A DNA stretch of 64,000 nt from Acidimicrobiia bacterium (GTDB lineage: Bacteria; Actinomycetota; Acidimicrobiia; Acidimicrobiales; Bin134). The DNA lies in NCBI GenBank assembly GCA_022827725.1, contig JAJEIJ010000019.1, positions 20,382-84,381 of the forward strand. Direction: 5' to 3'. Positions 9,800 to 20,779 of this stretch are shown in pieces. Under the pieces are notes generated by a model that made no database searches, was not told the origin of the DNA, and worked only from the letters and a program-made list of their open reading frames with translations. Numbering within the stretch: the first letter of the stretch is position 1; every line of letters starts with the position of its first letter. Position numbers and translations under genes: made by a program.

Positions 9800-10555
9800 G
9801 TGAGTGCTTGGCCGTTCTTGGACCATGACGGCCCGATTCCCATCGCCCATAGGGGCGGCGCCGCGGAGGGGCCGGAGAACACCATGGCCGCGTTCGCCGC
9901 CGCCATCGACCTCGGCTACCGATATGTCGAGACCGACGTGCACGCCACCCGCGACGAAGTGCTGGTGGCGTTCCACGACGAGGGGTTGCAGCGGCTCAGC
10001 GGGAGGCCCGAGGCCATCGCCGACTTGAACTGGCGGGATCTGAAAACAGTACGAGTCGGCGGTGGACACGCCATCCCCCGGTTCGAGGAACTCTTGGAAG
10101 CCTGGCCCGACCTCCGGATCGCGGTCGATCCCAAACACGACCAGGCCACTGTGCCGCTGATCGGTGCCCTCCAACGAGCCGACGCCGTCGACCGCGTCTG
10201 CGTCGGCTCGTTTTCCGGCCGCCGACTGGCCCTCGCCCGGCGGTTGGGAGGATCCCGCTTGTGTACCGGACTGAGTCCCAAGGAAGTCGGCCAACTCCAG
10301 GCTGCATCGGCTGGTTTGCCAGTAAAGGTCAAGGCCGGCGCGTGCGCCCAGGTTCCCCCAAGCGCCAAGGGTGTTCCGCTAGTCCACCAGCGATTCGTGG
10401 ACGCTGCCCATGCCCAAGAACTTTCAGTGCATGTGTGGACCATCGACGACGCCGACGAGATGCACCGACTCCTCGACATGGGGGTGGACGGCATCATGAC
10501 CGACCGTCCCACCGTGCTACGCGAGGTTCTTTTGGCGCGCGGGATGTGGTCTTGA
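9800..10555 (+). CDS. glycerophosphodiester phosphodiesterase (GDPD) family
   Basis: PIAHRGGAAEGPENTMAAFAAAIDLGYRYVETDVHATRDEVLVAFHDEGL carries the GDPD catalytic motifs. Start GTG 9800 inferred. Confidence 0.8.
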   Translation: MSAWPFLDHDGPIPIAHRGGAAEGPENTMAAFAAAIDLGYRYVETDVHATRDEVLVAFHDEGLQRLSGRPEAIADLNWRDLKTVRVGGGHAIPRFEELLEAWPDLRIAVDPKHDQATVPLIGALQRADAVDRVCVGSFSGRRLALARRLGGSRLCTGLSPKEVGQLQAASAGLPVKVKAGACAQVPPSAKGVPLVHQRFVDAAHAQELSVHVWTIDDADEMHRLLDMGVDGIMTDRPTVLREVLLARGMWS

Positions 10556-10661
10556 GGGTCGATCCAGGCCCCAAATCGGGCTTGTGCCTGTGGTTAAATC
10601 CAGGTTTCTTGGGGATTTCTACTCACAGCAGTGGAAAACCCTGTGGATTTTGATTTTCCGC

Positions 10662-10689
10662 TTGACCTGGGTTTTTTCCGCGCTATGGT
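10662..10689 (+). promoter_or_regulatory. sigma70-like promoter TTGACC-16 nt-TATGGT
   Basis: TTGACC at 10662-10667 and TATGGT at 10684-10689, in a locally AT-richer patch downstream of the GDPD gene. Confidence 0.5.
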
Positions 10690-10695
10690 ATGCCC

Positions 10696-10970
10696 ACCTA
10701 CCAGAGACAAGCGGGGTGACTCGAGAGAGCAAGCGCCCGAGAGGGCGAGGGTTCGAAAGGGTCCGCAGGGTCACTGGAACGGGCCGAGGAAGTCGGTGGC
10801 ACCACCGAAAGCCGAGGGCCGGGAAGGCGACCAGGTGCCGCGAGGGTCTGGGAGGTAGGGACCGGGGAACCGGAGGGCGCAAGCCAGCCGGGGAACCGAG
10901 ACCGAACGGGACGGCCCCGAGAAGTCGACCGGTTTAGGCCGGGAGGCTACTCGGGGCCTCCTACTTTTCT
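10696..10970 (+). ncRNA. candidate structured RNA (free-standing sRNA or long 5' leader), family not recognised
   Basis: Bounded by the promoter above and an intrinsic terminator. Purine-rich. GNRA-capped hairpins at 10734-10747 (GAGA), 10749-10764 (GAAA), 10862-10873 (GGAA) and 10876-10885 (GCAA). Enclosing helices 10716-22/10768-74 and 10798-803/10834-39. No credible ORF. Confidence 0.45.
10941..10970 (+). terminator. intrinsic terminator
   Basis: GGGAGGC (10941-47) / GCCUCC (10956-61) stem with an 8-nt loop, followed by UACUUUUCU. The U-tract is present on the plus strand only. Confidence 0.6.
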
Positions 10971-11007
10971 CTGACGCTTCGCTAGTTGCTCTTCAGCCGT
11001 CACTAGT

Positions 11008-11700
11008 GTGAGCGCCGTGAGCGGACCCGCAGTCGCATTGCTACACGGACTGGCCGGCTCGGCCCGGAGGACTTGGGGCGACAACGCCTGGATGGACCTC
11101 TTGGCCGATGCCGGTCGGGAAGCAATCGGTGTCGACCTGATGGGCCACGGCACCGCTCCCAAACCCCACCATCCCGAGGGTTATGCCAATTTCGAAGAGC
11201 ATGTGATCGACCACTTCCCCAACGAGCCCATCGACGCCATCGGGTTTTCGTTGGGGGCCTACACCCTGTTGTCCATCGCCTCAAAGACCCCGGAGCGATT
11301 TCACAAGCTGGTTGTATCCGGGGTGGGCAAGAACCTATTCGAACGGGATGAGGACCACAGCCGCATGATCCTTCACGCCGTCACCGGTGAGCCCGACCCC
11401 GAGAACCCCGAAGCACTCCACTTCTCCACCCTGGCCGATGATCCCGAAGCCGACCGGGAGGCACTGGCCGCCCTGTTGGCCAGCCGCACCGCCTTCGACA
11501 CCGATTGCCTCGCCCATGTCGCGGTGCCCACCCTCGTGGTGGTGGGCGATAAGGACTTCGCCTACCCCGCTGACCAGTTGGTGGAAGCCCTGCCCGACGC
11601 CCGCCTCGTGGTCCTTAGGGGCGTCGATCATTTCGCCACCCCCAAATCATTCGACTTCATCGACGCCGCCCTCGACTTCCTCGACGCCCGCCCCTTCTAG
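11008..11700 (+). CDS. alpha/beta hydrolase
   Basis: VALLHGLAGSARRTWG (HG oxyanion region), nucleophile elbow GFSLGA, and C-terminal GVDHF. Confidence 0.8.
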   Translation: MSAVSGPAVALLHGLAGSARRTWGDNAWMDLLADAGREAIGVDLMGHGTAPKPHHPEGYANFEEHVIDHFPNEPIDAIGFSLGAYTLLSIASKTPERFHKLVVSGVGKNLFERDEDHSRMILHAVTGEPDPENPEALHFSTLADDPEADREALAALLASRTAFDTDCLAHVAVPTLVVVGDKDFAYPADQLVEALPDARLVVLRGVDHFATPKSFDFIDAALDFLDARPF

Positions 11701-11708
11701 AGGAGGGG

Positions 11709-13169
11709 CTAGCGGAGCTGTTGGGCGGTTGGAACTAGAGGTGTGGGCAGCAGGGTGTCGCCGGTGAGGTACTCGTCGACGGCAGCGGCGGCGGCCCGGC
11801 CTTCGGCGATAGCCCACACGATGAGGCTCTGGCCTCGGCCGATGTCGCCGGCCACGAACACGCCGGGCACGGTGCTCATCCAGTTGTCGTCGCGGGCCAC
11901 ATTGCCCCGGTCGGTGAGCTCCACCCCGAGGTCGTCAAGCAAGCCGCCGGTCTCGGGGCCGACGAATCCGAGGGCCAATAGCACCAGATCGGCCTGAAAC
12001 TCCCGCTCCGTGCCCTCGATGGGATTGAAGCTCATCCGCCCGCCTTCGAACGACTGCTCTACATCCACCGTGTGCAACGCCTCCACCTTGCCGCCCGATC
12101 CGGTGAACTCCACGGTGTTGATGGCGTAGATCTGGGTGCCGCCCTCTTCATGGGCTGACGACGACCGGTACATGAGCGGCCACGTGGGCCACGGGGTGGA
12201 GTCGTCACGCTCGTCGGGTGGCCGGGGCAGGATTTCGAACTGGTGGATGGAGGCTGCCCCGTGGCGGTGGGCGGTGCCCAGGCAGTCGGCGCCGGTGTCA
12301 CCCCCGCCGATGATGATCACGTGCTTGTCCTCCGCCGAGAACGGGTGTTCTTCCAGATCACCCTCCTGCACCCGGTTGGCCGGGGGCAGGTACTCCATGG
12401 CCTGGTAGATGCCCTCTAGCTCCCGGCCCGGAATGGGCAGGTCCCGCCACTGAGTGGCCCCCCCGGCCAACACCACGGCGTCGTACTGCTCAGTTAGCTC
12501 GGCCGCGCTGATATCTACTCCTACGTTCACCTCTGTCTTGAATACCGTTCCCTCGGCCTCCATCTGGGCCAGCCGGAGATCGAGATGGCGCTTCTCCATC
12601 TTGAACTCAGGGATGCCATAGCGCAACAGCCCGCCGATGCGGTCGGCCCGCTCAAACACCACCACGTCGTGGCCTGCCCGGGTGAGCTGTTGGGCCGCAG
12701 CCAGACCCGCCGGCCCCGACCCCACCACCGCAACCGAGCGGCCGGTGCGGTCGTCACACACCACTGGGGTGATCCATCCCTCTTCCCAAGCCCGGTCCAC
12801 GATCTCCACCTCAACCTGCTTGATCGTCACCGGGTCTTCGTTGATGCCCAGTACGCAGGCGGCCTCGCACGGGGCTGGGCACAGCCGCCCGGTGAACTCA
12901 GGGAAATTGTTGGTGGCGTGCAGCCGCTCGATGGCCTCCCGCCAGTGATCCCTATAGACGAGGTCGTTCCAGTCGGGGATCAGGTTGCCCAACGGACAGC
13001 CGTTATTGCAAAACGGAATCCCGCAGTCCATGCAGCGCGAGGCCTGAGTGCGCACCGACTCGGCATCGAAGTCTCGGTAGACCTCGTTCCAGTCCTTGAT
13101 CCGCACCGGCACCGATCGGCGCACGGGCAGCTCCCGACCGTGCTTGATAAACCCGCGAATGTCACCCAT
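11709..13169 (-). CDS. gltD: glutamate synthase (NADPH) small subunit
   Basis: N-terminal Cys clusters ([17 protein letters not shown]), [14 protein letters not shown] dinucleotide fold. 8-nt overlap with the gltB stop. Confidence 0.95.
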   Translation of the reverse strand: MGDIRGFIKHGRELPVRRSVPVRIKDWNEVYRDFDAESVRTQASRCMDCGIPFCNNGCPLGNLIPDWNDLVYRDHWREAIERLHATNNFPEFTGRLCPAPCEAACVLGINEDPVTIKQVEVEIVDRAWEEGWITPVVCDDRTGRSVAVVGSGPAGLAAAQQLTRAGHDVVVFERADRIGGLLRYGIPEFKMEKRHLDLRLAQMEAEGTVFKTEVNVGVDISAAELTEQYDAVVLAGGATQWRDLPIPGRELEGIYQAMEYLPPANRVQEGDLEEHPFSAEDKHVIIIGGGDTGADCLGTAHRHGAASIHQFEILPRPPDERDDSTPWPTWPLMYRSSSAHEEGGTQIYAINTVEFTGSGGKVEALHTVDVEQSFEGGRMSFNPIEGTEREFQADLVLLALGFVGPETGGLLDDLGVELTDRGNVARDDNWMSTVPGVFVAGDIGRGQSLIVWAIAEGRAAAAAVDEYLTGDTLLPTPLVPTAQQLR

Positions 13170-16100
13170 GGGCGGCCGCCATGATCGCTGCTTCGGCGTC
13201 GGTGCCGGTGCGCTCGGCCTCGGCCAGCGCGGCGAGCACCCGCTTGTAGTCCTTGGGCATCACCTTCACGAAGCGGTCAGCCTCGGTGGCCCAGTTGGCC
13301 AGGATCCGCTCCGCCACTGTGGAGTCGGTGTTCACCATGTGCTGGCTGATGCGATCCCGCAGCCACTCCCGGTCACCGTCGTCGGGCGTCTCCAAGTCCA
13401 CCATCTCTGGGTTCACCTTGGCGGGAAACACCCCGTCAGGGTCGTGCACATAGGCGATGCCGCCCGACATGCCGGCACCGAAGTTCCTGCCCGTGGGACC
13501 GAGCACCACGGCCCGGCCGCCGGTCATGTACTCGCAGCCGTGGTCCCCCACCCCCTCCACCACCGCGACGGCACCGGAGTTGCGGACGCAGAACCGCTCC
13601 CCCACCAGCCCTCGCAGGAAGAGTTCGCCGCTGGTGGCGCCGTAGCCGATCACGTTGCCTGCAATCACGTTTTCCTCGGCAACGAACCGGGCCTGCGGAT
13701 AGGTGGTCACGATGATGCGCCCGCCCGACAGGCCCTTGCCCACATAGTCGTTGGCATCGCCGGTTAGCTTCATTGTGATGCCTCGGGGCAGAAACGCTCC
13801 AAAGCTGTTGCCGGCCGACCCGGAGAAGTTGATGCGGATGGTGTCGTCGGGCAGGCCGTCAGACCCCCATTTTGACGTCACCTGATGGCCGAGCATGGTG
13901 CCCACTGTTCGGTTCACGTTGCCGATGGGGAGGTCAATCTCCACCGCGAGGCCGTCTTCCAAGGCGGACTCGGCCATCAAGATGAGCTGTTGGTCAAGGG
14001 CGCGGTCGAGGCCGTGGTCCTGGGGTTGGGTGCAATGCCGATCGGCATCCGGATCGATGTCGGGGGCATACAGGATGGGCGACAGGTCGAGCCCTGACGC
14101 CTTCCAGTGGTCTACCGCGTCGCTCACGTCCAAGCACTCCACCCGCCCGATGGCCTCGGCCAGAGTGCGGAAGCCGAGCGCGGCCAGCAGCTCGCGCACC
14201 TCCTCGGCTATGTACTCCATGAAGTTGATGACGAACTCCGGTTCGCCGGTGAACTTCTTGCGCAGCTCCGGATCCTGGGTGGCCACCCCCACCGGACAGG
14301 TGTCCAGATGGCAGACCCGCATCATCACACACCCCGCAACCACCAAGGGCGCGGTTGCGAATCCGAATTCCTCGGCCCCCAGCAGCGCGGCGATCATCAC
14401 ATCCCGGCCGGTCTTTAGCTGGCCATCGGTCTGCACCACGATCCGGTCCCGCAGCCGGTTCAGCAACAGCGTCTGCTGGGTCTCCGCCAGCCCCAGTTCC
14501 CACGGGGTGCCCGCGTGCTTGATGGAGGTCAACGGCGAGGCTCCGGTGCCCCCGTCGTGGCCCGAGATCAGCACCACATCGGCGTGGGCTTTGGACACCC
14601 CCGCTGCCACCGTGCCCACTCCCAGTTCCGACACCAGCTTCACGTGGATGCGGGCTTCTGGGTTGGCGTTCTTCAGGTCGTGGATGAGTTGGGCCAGATC
14701 CTCGATCGAATAGATGTCGTGATGCGGGGGCGGCGAGATCAGCCCCACGCCGGGGGTGGAGTAGCGGACCTCGGCGATCCAGGGCCACACCTTGTGGCCG
14801 GGAAGCTGGCCGCCCTCGCCCGGCTTGGCCCCTTGGGCCATCTTGATCTGGATGTCGTCGCTGTTCACCAGGTATTCGCTGGTCACCCCGAACCGCCCCG
14901 ACGCGGCCTGCTTGATGGCCGAGCGGCGCAAATCGCCATTGGGGTCGGGCACATAGCGGGCGGGGTCTTCGCCCCCCTCGCCGGTGTTCGACTTGCCGCC
15001 GATGCGGTTCATGGCGATGGCCAGGGTCTCGTGGGCCTCGGCGGAGATCGATCCGTATGACATGGCCCCGGTGGAGAACCGGGTGACGATGCTGGAAACC
15101 GGTTCCACCTCTTCGATGGGAATCGGCTCTCGCCGTCCAGTTCGGAATCGGAACAGCCCTCGCAGAGTGGCCAGGCGCTCCGACTGGGTGTCTACCTTCT
15201 CGGTGTACTGCTTGAAGATGTCGTAGCGGCCTTCCCGGGTGGCGTGCTGGAGCTTGAACACCGTCTCGGGGTTGAACAGGTGGTACTCGCCCTCCCGGCG
15301 CCACTGGTACTCCCCTCCCCCTTCCAGAGTGCGATGGGCCCGTTCATCGGGGTTCTCCGGGTAGGCGATGCGGTGGCGAAGCCGCACCTCCTCGGCAAGC
15401 TGTGGGAAGCCGATGCCGCCTAGGCGGCTGACCGTGCCAGTGAAGCACTCCTGGATGATGGGGTGCCCCAGGCCGATGGCCTCGAAGATCTGGGCCCCCA
15501 CATACGACTTCACCGTGGAGATGCCCATCTTGGACATAACCTTCAGCACACCCTTGTCACATGCCTTGATGTAGTTGCGATGGGCCAGCGCCTTGTCGTC
15601 GTCGGGCAAGAAGCCGCACAGACCCTCGTCGATCATCTGGTCGATGGTCTCGAATGCCAGATAGGGGTTGACCGCAGTAGCTCCGTACGCCAGCAGCAAG
15701 CAGATGTGGTGTACCTCGCGGGCGTCGCCGGTTTCCACCACCAAGCCCACCCGGGTCCGGGTCTTCTCCCGAATCAGGTGGTGATGTACCGCCGCGGTGG
15801 CCAGCAATGAGGGGATCGGGGCCGAATCGAGACTGGCCCCCCGGTCGGACAGCACGATGATGCTCTTGCCCGCATCAATGGCTCGGCTCACCTGCTCCCG
15901 GATGCGCTGGATGGCGATCCGCAGCCCCGGCCCACCATCGTCCACCGCATACAGGCAGGGAACTACCTCAGTGGACCAATGGCTGTGGCCTCCGGGCCCG
16001 TCCACCTCCACCAGGTTGGCCAACTGCTGGTCGGTGATCACCGGGTGGGGGGTGAAGATCTGGCGGCATGATTCGGGCCGGGGATCGAGCAAATTCCCCT

Positions 16101-17781
16101 CGGGGCCGAGCCATCCACAGGTGGCGGTGATGATCTCCTCCCGGATGGCGTCCAGCGGTGGGTTGGTCACCTGGGCGAACAATTGCTGGAAGTAGTCGTA
16201 CAGCAAACGGGACCGGTTGGAGAGAACAGCCACCGGGGTATCAGTGCCCATCGACCCCAGCGCCTCTTTGCCGTCGCGGGCCATGGGGGCCAGCAGGATC
16301 TTGAGCTCTTCATGGGTGTAGCCGAACATCTGTTGGCGAACCACCAGCGGGGTGTCGTCCGGCTCGGGCCGCGGGCGGTCGACCAGATCGTCGAGATCCA
16401 CTTGGTTGTCGGCCAACCACTGCCCATAGGGGTGGGCCGAAGCCAACCGCTCCTTGATCTCGGTGTCCCGTACGATGCGGCCCTCAGAGGTGTCGATCAA
16501 GAACATGCGGCCCGGCTGCAAGCGGCCCTTCTCCACGATGGCCGCCGGGTCCACGTCCATCACCCCGACTTCCGACGCCATGATCACCAGATCGTCGTCG
16601 GTCACCCAATACCGGGAGGGGCGCAGGCCGTTGCGGTCGAGCACCGCGCCAATAAGCGTGCCATCGCTGAACACGATGTCGGCGGGACCGTCCCACGGCT
16701 CCATCAGCGAGGCGTAGTAGCGGTAGAAGGCCCGCAGCTCTGGCGCCATCGACTCATGGTTCTCCCACGGCTCGGGGATCATCATGAGCACCGCCTGAGG
16801 CAGCGAGTAGCCGCCCATGTACAGCAGCTCCAGCACCTGGTCGAAGCTGGCGGTGTCGCTCACCCCCTCGGCGCACACCGGGAATAGCCGCTCCAAGTCG
16901 CCAGGGAGGTGGGGCGAGCTCAACAGCGCCTCACGGGTCCGCATCCAGTTGCGGTTGCCCTGCACGGTGTTTATCTCGCCGTTGTGGGAGATGAAGCGGT
17001 AAGGGTGGGCCAGCGGCCAGGACGGAAAAGTGTTGGTGGAGAACCGGGAATGGATCATGGCCAGGGCACTGGTCACCCGGGTGTCGCTCAGATCGGAGTA
17101 GAACTCTCCGAGCTGAGGGGTGGTGAGCATGCCCTTGTAGACGATGGTCCGGTTGGAGAGGCTGGCAAAGTAGCCATAGGTCAGCTTGCGGGTTTTCGAC
17201 CCCAGTGCCCCAGTATCGGCCTGGTCATCGGTCTCATAGGCGACCTCGTTGCGAATGCGGGTTCGCACGATGTAGGCCCGCCGCAAGAGTGCATCGGCAT
17301 CGAGCCCGTCGCCAGAGTAGAACGGCTGCCAGAACGAGGGCATGGTGGCCAGCGCCTGCGCCCCCAGCTCGTCGGGACAGGTGGGCACCTCCCGCCATCC
17401 CAGGGGAGTCAGCCCCTCGTCGACAGCGATGGCGTCCATGGCCGCTCGGGCATGGGTCGCGGCCTCGGGGGTGTCGGGGAGGAAGCCGATGCCGGTGGCG
17501 TAGTGTCCCGCCGGCGGCAGATCGAAGTCGCACACCTGGCGGTAGAAGTCGTCGGGCACCTGAATCAGCAATCCCGCGCCGTCGCCGGTGTTCGCTTCCG
17601 CGCCCAGCGCCCCCCGGTGTTGGAGGTTGCACAGCGCCCCGTAGCCCACCGACACAATCTCGTGTCGCGGCCGGCCCTTCAGGTCCACCAGAAAGCCCAC
17701 CCCGCAGCCGTCGTGCTCGTTTCGGGGGTCGTAAAGCCCCTGGGGGTGTGGCAGACCGGGAGGCTGCGGCCAGTTCCTCAT
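13162..17781 (-). CDS. gltB: glutamate synthase large subunit
   Basis: 1539 aa. N-terminal amidotransferase Cys (EHDGCGVGF), FMN/GltS central domain and C-terminal GXGXG beta-helix region. Confidence 0.95.
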   Translation of the reverse strand: MRNWPQPPGLPHPQGLYDPRNEHDGCGVGFLVDLKGRPRHEIVSVGYGALCNLQHRGALGAEANTGDGAGLLIQVPDDFYRQVCDFDLPPAGHYATGIGFLPDTPEAATHARAAMDAIAVDEGLTPLGWREVPTCPDELGAQALATMPSFWQPFYSGDGLDADALLRRAYIVRTRIRNEVAYETDDQADTGALGSKTRKLTYGYFASLSNRTIVYKGMLTTPQLGEFYSDLSDTRVTSALAMIHSRFSTNTFPSWPLAHPYRFISHNGEINTVQGNRNWMRTREALLSSPHLPGDLERLFPVCAEGVSDTASFDQVLELLYMGGYSLPQAVLMMIPEPWENHESMAPELRAFYRYYASLMEPWDGPADIVFSDGTLIGAVLDRNGLRPSRYWVTDDDLVIMASEVGVMDVDPAAIVEKGRLQPGRMFLIDTSEGRIVRDTEIKERLASAHPYGQWLADNQVDLDDLVDRPRPEPDDTPLVVRQQMFGYTHEELKILLAPMARDGKEALGSMGTDTPVAVLSNRSRLLYDYFQQLFAQVTNPPLDAIREEIITATCGWLGPEGNLLDPRPESCRQIFTPHPVITDQQLANLVEVDGPGGHSHWSTEVVPCLYAVDDGGPGLRIAIQRIREQVSRAIDAGKSIIVLSDRGASLDSAPIPSLLATAAVHHHLIREKTRTRVGLVVETGDAREVHHICLLLAYGATAVNPYLAFETIDQMIDEGLCGFLPDDDKALAHRNYIKACDKGVLKVMSKMGISTVKSYVGAQIFEAIGLGHPIIQECFTGTVSRLGGIGFPQLAEEVRLRHRIAYPENPDERAHRTLEGGGEYQWRREGEYHLFNPETVFKLQHATREGRYDIFKQYTEKVDTQSERLATLRGLFRFRTGRREPIPIEEVEPVSSIVTRFSTGAMSYGSISAEAHETLAIAMNRIGGKSNTGEGGEDPARYVPDPNGDLRRSAIKQAASGRFGVTSEYLVNSDDIQIKMAQGAKPGEGGQLPGHKVWPWIAEVRYSTPGVGLISPPPHHDIYSIEDLAQLIHDLKNANPEARIHVKLVSELGVGTVAAGVSKAHADVVLISGHDGGTGASPLTSIKHAGTPWELGLAETQQTLLLNRLRDRIVVQTDGQLKTGRDVMIAALLGAEEFGFATAPLVVAGCVMMRVCHLDTCPVGVATQDPELRKKFTGEPEFVINFMEYIAEEVRELLAALGFRTLAEAIGRVECLDVSDAVDHWKASGLDLSPILYAPDIDPDADRHCTQPQDHGLDRALDQQLILMAESALEDGLAVEIDLPIGNVNRTVGTMLGHQVTSKWGSDGLPDDTIRINFSGSAGNSFGAFLPRGITMKLTGDANDYVGKGLSGGRIIVTTYPQARFVAEENVIAGNVIGYGATSGELFLRGLVGERFCVRNSGAVAVVEGVGDHGCEYMTGGRAVVLGPTGRNFGAGMSGGIAYVHDPDGVFPAKVNPEMVDLETPDDGDREWLRDRISQHMVNTDSTVAERILANWATEADRFVKVMPKDYKRVLAALAEAERTGTDAEAAIMAAAHG

Positions 17782-17940
17782 TGCGTCCTTTCCAGCGTGT
17801 TTGCGGTGCGCGCCGAGACGACATTGGCCAGCGGCAGGGCTGCAATTTTACCGCCGCAACCCGGCCCTCTACCAAGTCTGTTCTGCTCGGGAGACTCCCA
17901 GGAGGCATGATTACAGGGTGGAATCGTCTGTTGATGATGA

Positions 17941-17958
17941 GGCTGGAGTGGCTGGAGT
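17941..17958. repeat. 9-bp tandem duplication GGCTGGAGT x2
   Basis: ggctggagt ggctggagt g. Each copy creates an in-frame GTG (17948, 17957) at the predicted aminopeptidase start. Confidence 0.8.
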
Positions 17959-19210
17959 GAAAGCAATCCGCGGTATTGACGGCTTGCTCGACTTCATCGA
18001 CGCCTGTCCGACGCCTTTCCACGTGGTCGATCGAGCGGCCGATGTCCTGAGGGCTTCAGGGTTCACCGAAATGGACGAAGCCGACGAATGGCCCGACGCC
18101 GTCGGCAGCCGCTACGTGCGCCGAGGCGGCAGCCTGGTGGCGTGGCGGCACCAGACCAGCGATGCCGGCTTTCGAATCATCGGCGCCCACACCGACAGCC
18201 CTAACTTGCGCATCACTGCCCAGCCCGACACCGGTCAGGCCGGTTATCGGCAACTCGGCGTGGAAGTGTACGGGGGCGCGTTGCTCAACAGCTGGCTGGA
18301 TCGCGATCTTGGGGTGGCCGGTCGAGTAGCCACTCCAACGGGCACACGGCTGTTCTGTATCAATCGGCCCGTGCTCCGAGTGCCCCAACTCGCCATCCAC
18401 CTCGACCGGGAGGTCAACCAAAAGGGGCTGTTGCTCAATCCCCAGACCCACATCGTCCCCGTATGGGGGCTGGGGCTGCGCACCCCCGGCGAATTCGCCT
18501 TGACGGCGGCCGAGGCGGCCGGTGTCGATGCCGATGAGGTGCTGGCCTGGGATGCGATGCTCCACGACCTCACTCCATCGGTGATCGGCGGCATCGACAG
18601 CGAGTTCATCTATGCTCCTCGCATCGACAACCAGGTGTCGTGCTGGGCCGGTCTCCAGGCCCTGATCGACGCCCCGGCCGACTCGCCTCCCAGCGCAGTG
18701 CTGTGCCTTTTCGACCACGAAGAGGTCGGCAGCACCTCAGCACAGGGGGCAGCCTCCACCCTGCTGCCCGCCGTGTTGGAGCGAATTGTCGGCAGCCGCG
18801 GCGCGCTGCATCCCGCGCTGGCCCAGTCGCTGTGTGTGTCGGCTGACGGGGCCCACGCCACCCACCCCAACTATCCCGAGCGCCATGAGCCCGACCATCA
18901 CATAGCCATGGGCGATGGACCGGTGATCAAGCGCAATGCCAATCAGCGCTACGCCACCGACGCGGTGGGTGAGGCCGCATTCGCCGCGGCGTGCGAGAAG
19001 GCCGGAGTGGGCCACCAACTCTACGTCCACCGCGGCGACATGCCCTGCGGCAGCACGATCGGCCCGTTCGCGGCCTCGACTACCGGGGTGACCACCATCG
19101 ACGTAGGCGTAGCCCAACTCTCTATGCACTCTGCCCGTGAGATGTGCGGTGCCCAGGATCCCGTGGACTTCGCGCTGGCCCTCAGCGCGTTCCTCAGCGC
19201 CGCAGCTTGA
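17948..19210 (+). CDS. M18-family aspartyl aminopeptidase
   Basis: LDFIDACPTPFHVV, IIGAHTDSPNLRI, DHEEVGS and MHSAREM motifs. Start is GTG 17948 or 17957 (inside a 9-bp duplication). Confidence 0.85.
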   Translation: MAGVKAIRGIDGLLDFIDACPTPFHVVDRAADVLRASGFTEMDEADEWPDAVGSRYVRRGGSLVAWRHQTSDAGFRIIGAHTDSPNLRITAQPDTGQAGYRQLGVEVYGGALLNSWLDRDLGVAGRVATPTGTRLFCINRPVLRVPQLAIHLDREVNQKGLLLNPQTHIVPVWGLGLRTPGEFALTAAEAAGVDADEVLAWDAMLHDLTPSVIGGIDSEFIYAPRIDNQVSCWAGLQALIDAPADSPPSAVLCLFDHEEVGSTSAQGAASTLLPAVLERIVGSRGALHPALAQSLCVSADGAHATHPNYPERHEPDHHIAMGDGPVIKRNANQRYATDAVGEAAFAAACEKAGVGHQLYVHRGDMPCGSTIGPFAASTTGVTTIDVGVAQLSMHSAREMCGAQDPVDFALALSAFLSAAA

Positions 19211-20774
19211 CCCTGCTCACCCGGCGGGTTCGCTCGTAGGCCGACACCAACACCAAGAAGATGGCGAAGAACTCAAGCCGGCCGATGAGCATCATCGACA
19301 TCAGCACCGCCCGGGCCGGGCGGGAAAACACCAAGTAGTTGGAGGTGGGCCCGGCGTCGCCCAAGGCGGGTCCCATATTGCTCAATGCACTGATAGCCGC
19401 AGATGAGGAGGTGATCAGGTCTTGCCCCAACGCGGCCAGAACCAAGGTGGCCACGAGCGCCGACAGCGCGTAGAGGGCCACCAGCCCCGCCACCCGCTGG
19501 AGTATCGGCTCCGACACCACCATTTTGCCGAGCTTCACCCGTGCCACCACCCTGGGATGCTTTACTCGCAGCAGCCCGACCCGCATGTATTTCGCCATCA
19601 CTTGGGCGCGCAGCACCTTCAGCCCCCCGGCGGTGCTCCCGGTCATGCCCCCCATCACCATGAGGGGCAGCAGCAATGCCTGCGCCCCCGGCGTCCAAGC
19701 CGCGAAATCGCCGCCCGGATTGGTGCTAGAGGCGTTGCCGAAACCGCCGCTGGTGCCCAAGGTCACCGCGCCGAAGATCCCGTTGCGGAGACTGTTGGCC
19801 AGATCAGAAAGGTCGTTCAGCCAGTTCAGCAGGGACGCGAACAGCGCGACCGCGAGAATCACAAGGAGATAGGTGCGAAACTCAGAAGACCGTCCATAGA
19901 CCCTCGGGTTGCCCGACACCGCCCGCCAGTGGAGGGTGAAGCTCACCCCTCCCACCAGCATCCCAACAATCATCACCACTTCCACCGCAATGCTGTCGAA
20001 GTGGCCGATGGAGTCGTCGTAAGGCGAGAAGCCCCCGGTGCCTGCGCTGGTGAAGGCATGGGCCACTGCGTCGTAGAGGCTCAACCCGGCAATCATCAGG
20101 GCGGCCGCTATCGCGAGGGTGATGCCGCCGTAGAGTGCCCACAGCCTCCGAGCGGTGGAACTCACCCGAGGCGCCAGCCGGTCGGACGTGGGACCGGGAG
20201 CCTCCGCAGTGATGAGGCTCAGCCCTCCGACCCCCAGGAACGGCAGAATGGTCACCGCCAGCACCACCATGCCCATGCCGCCATACCACTGCATGATCTG
20301 GCGCCACATGAGCACGCCTCGGCCCGTCCCCTCTATGGGGCTGAGCACGGTAGAGCCAGTGGCGGTGACACCCGACACCGCCTCGAACAGGGCAGTGTCG
20401 AAGCTACCCAGCTCGCCGGAAAACCACAGCGGTAGCGCGGCGAATAGCGACAATCCGATCCACGTCCATGCTACTGCCGCGAAAACCGAGACCGGGGGCA
20501 TGTCCTCGTCGAGTCGGGTGAAGGTCACCAACAGCCCCCCTCCAGCAAGCGTGACCAGCGCTCCCATTCCCAGAGCGACCTCATCGTCCGATACTGACGA
20601 ACCCCACTCCACCAGGGTGGCCAACAGCATCCCCGGCACCATGAACAGCAGCCCCAGCCCGACCACGAACCCCACTCTGCTTGTCACATTCCAGGGTCGG
20701 TCCACCAGCAGTTGGGACACGGCCCATTTCACCGCGGCCCTCCCCCGACGGGCGGCCGTCAAGACCGCGGTCAT
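19194..20774 (-). CDS. trkH: TrkH/KtrB-family potassium transporter (copy 2)
   Basis: 526 aa polytopic protein with repeated (S/T)GG/GFG pore-loop motifs (TATGSTV, TSAGTGGFS, GTSGGFG, GSTAGGLK). Confidence 0.85.
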   Translation of the reverse strand: MTAVLTAARRGRAAVKWAVSQLLVDRPWNVTSRVGFVVGLGLLFMVPGMLLATLVEWGSSVSDDEVALGMGALVTLAGGGLLVTFTRLDEDMPPVSVFAAVAWTWIGLSLFAALPLWFSGELGSFDTALFEAVSGVTATGSTVLSPIEGTGRGVLMWRQIMQWYGGMGMVVLAVTILPFLGVGGLSLITAEAPGPTSDRLAPRVSSTARRLWALYGGITLAIAAALMIAGLSLYDAVAHAFTSAGTGGFSPYDDSIGHFDSIAVEVVMIVGMLVGGVSFTLHWRAVSGNPRVYGRSSEFRTYLLVILAVALFASLLNWLNDLSDLANSLRNGIFGAVTLGTSGGFGNASSTNPGGDFAAWTPGAQALLLPLMVMGGMTGSTAGGLKVLRAQVMAKYMRVGLLRVKHPRVVARVKLGKMVVSEPILQRVAGLVALYALSALVATLVLAALGQDLITSSSAAISALSNMGPALGDAGPTSNYLVFSRPARAVLMSMMLIGRLEFFAIFLVLVSAYERTRRVSRVKLRR

Positions 20775-20779
20775 GGCCC

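Noticed and set aside
10584-10937. Small ORFs (117, 87 and 75 aa) in the 10.56-11.0 kb gap
   Set aside because: Arg/Gly/Pro-rich, mutually overlapping, with no RBS. The region is better explained as a structured RNA bounded by a promoter and a terminator.
10696-10970. Possibility that the candidate RNA is RNase P RNA
   Set aside because: GAGGAAGUCGG and ACCGGUUUA loosely resemble the two P4 strands and could pair. However, only ~130 nt lie between them, and the specificity-domain signatures (GGUAAGGGUGAAA, GGUAAACCCC, ACAGAA) are absent. The size is also too small.
10696-10970. Known riboswitch classes (cobalamin, ZTP/pfl, c-di-AMP/ydaO, glycine, guanidine) for the same region
   Set aside because: Only partial look-alikes were found (GGGUCACUGG, GGGGUGAC, ACGGG). 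The defining boxes (GCCACUG B12 box, CCGCCUGGGC pseudoknot strand, and others) are missing or in the wrong order. An Infernal scan is needed for a definitive answer.
13994-15304. 436-aa minus-strand ORF inside gltB (alternate frame), plus 13895..14713 and 16909..17910 on the plus strand
   Set aside because: They overlap the unambiguous 1539-aa glutamate synthase. The Arg/Pro/Gly-dominated translations have no motifs.
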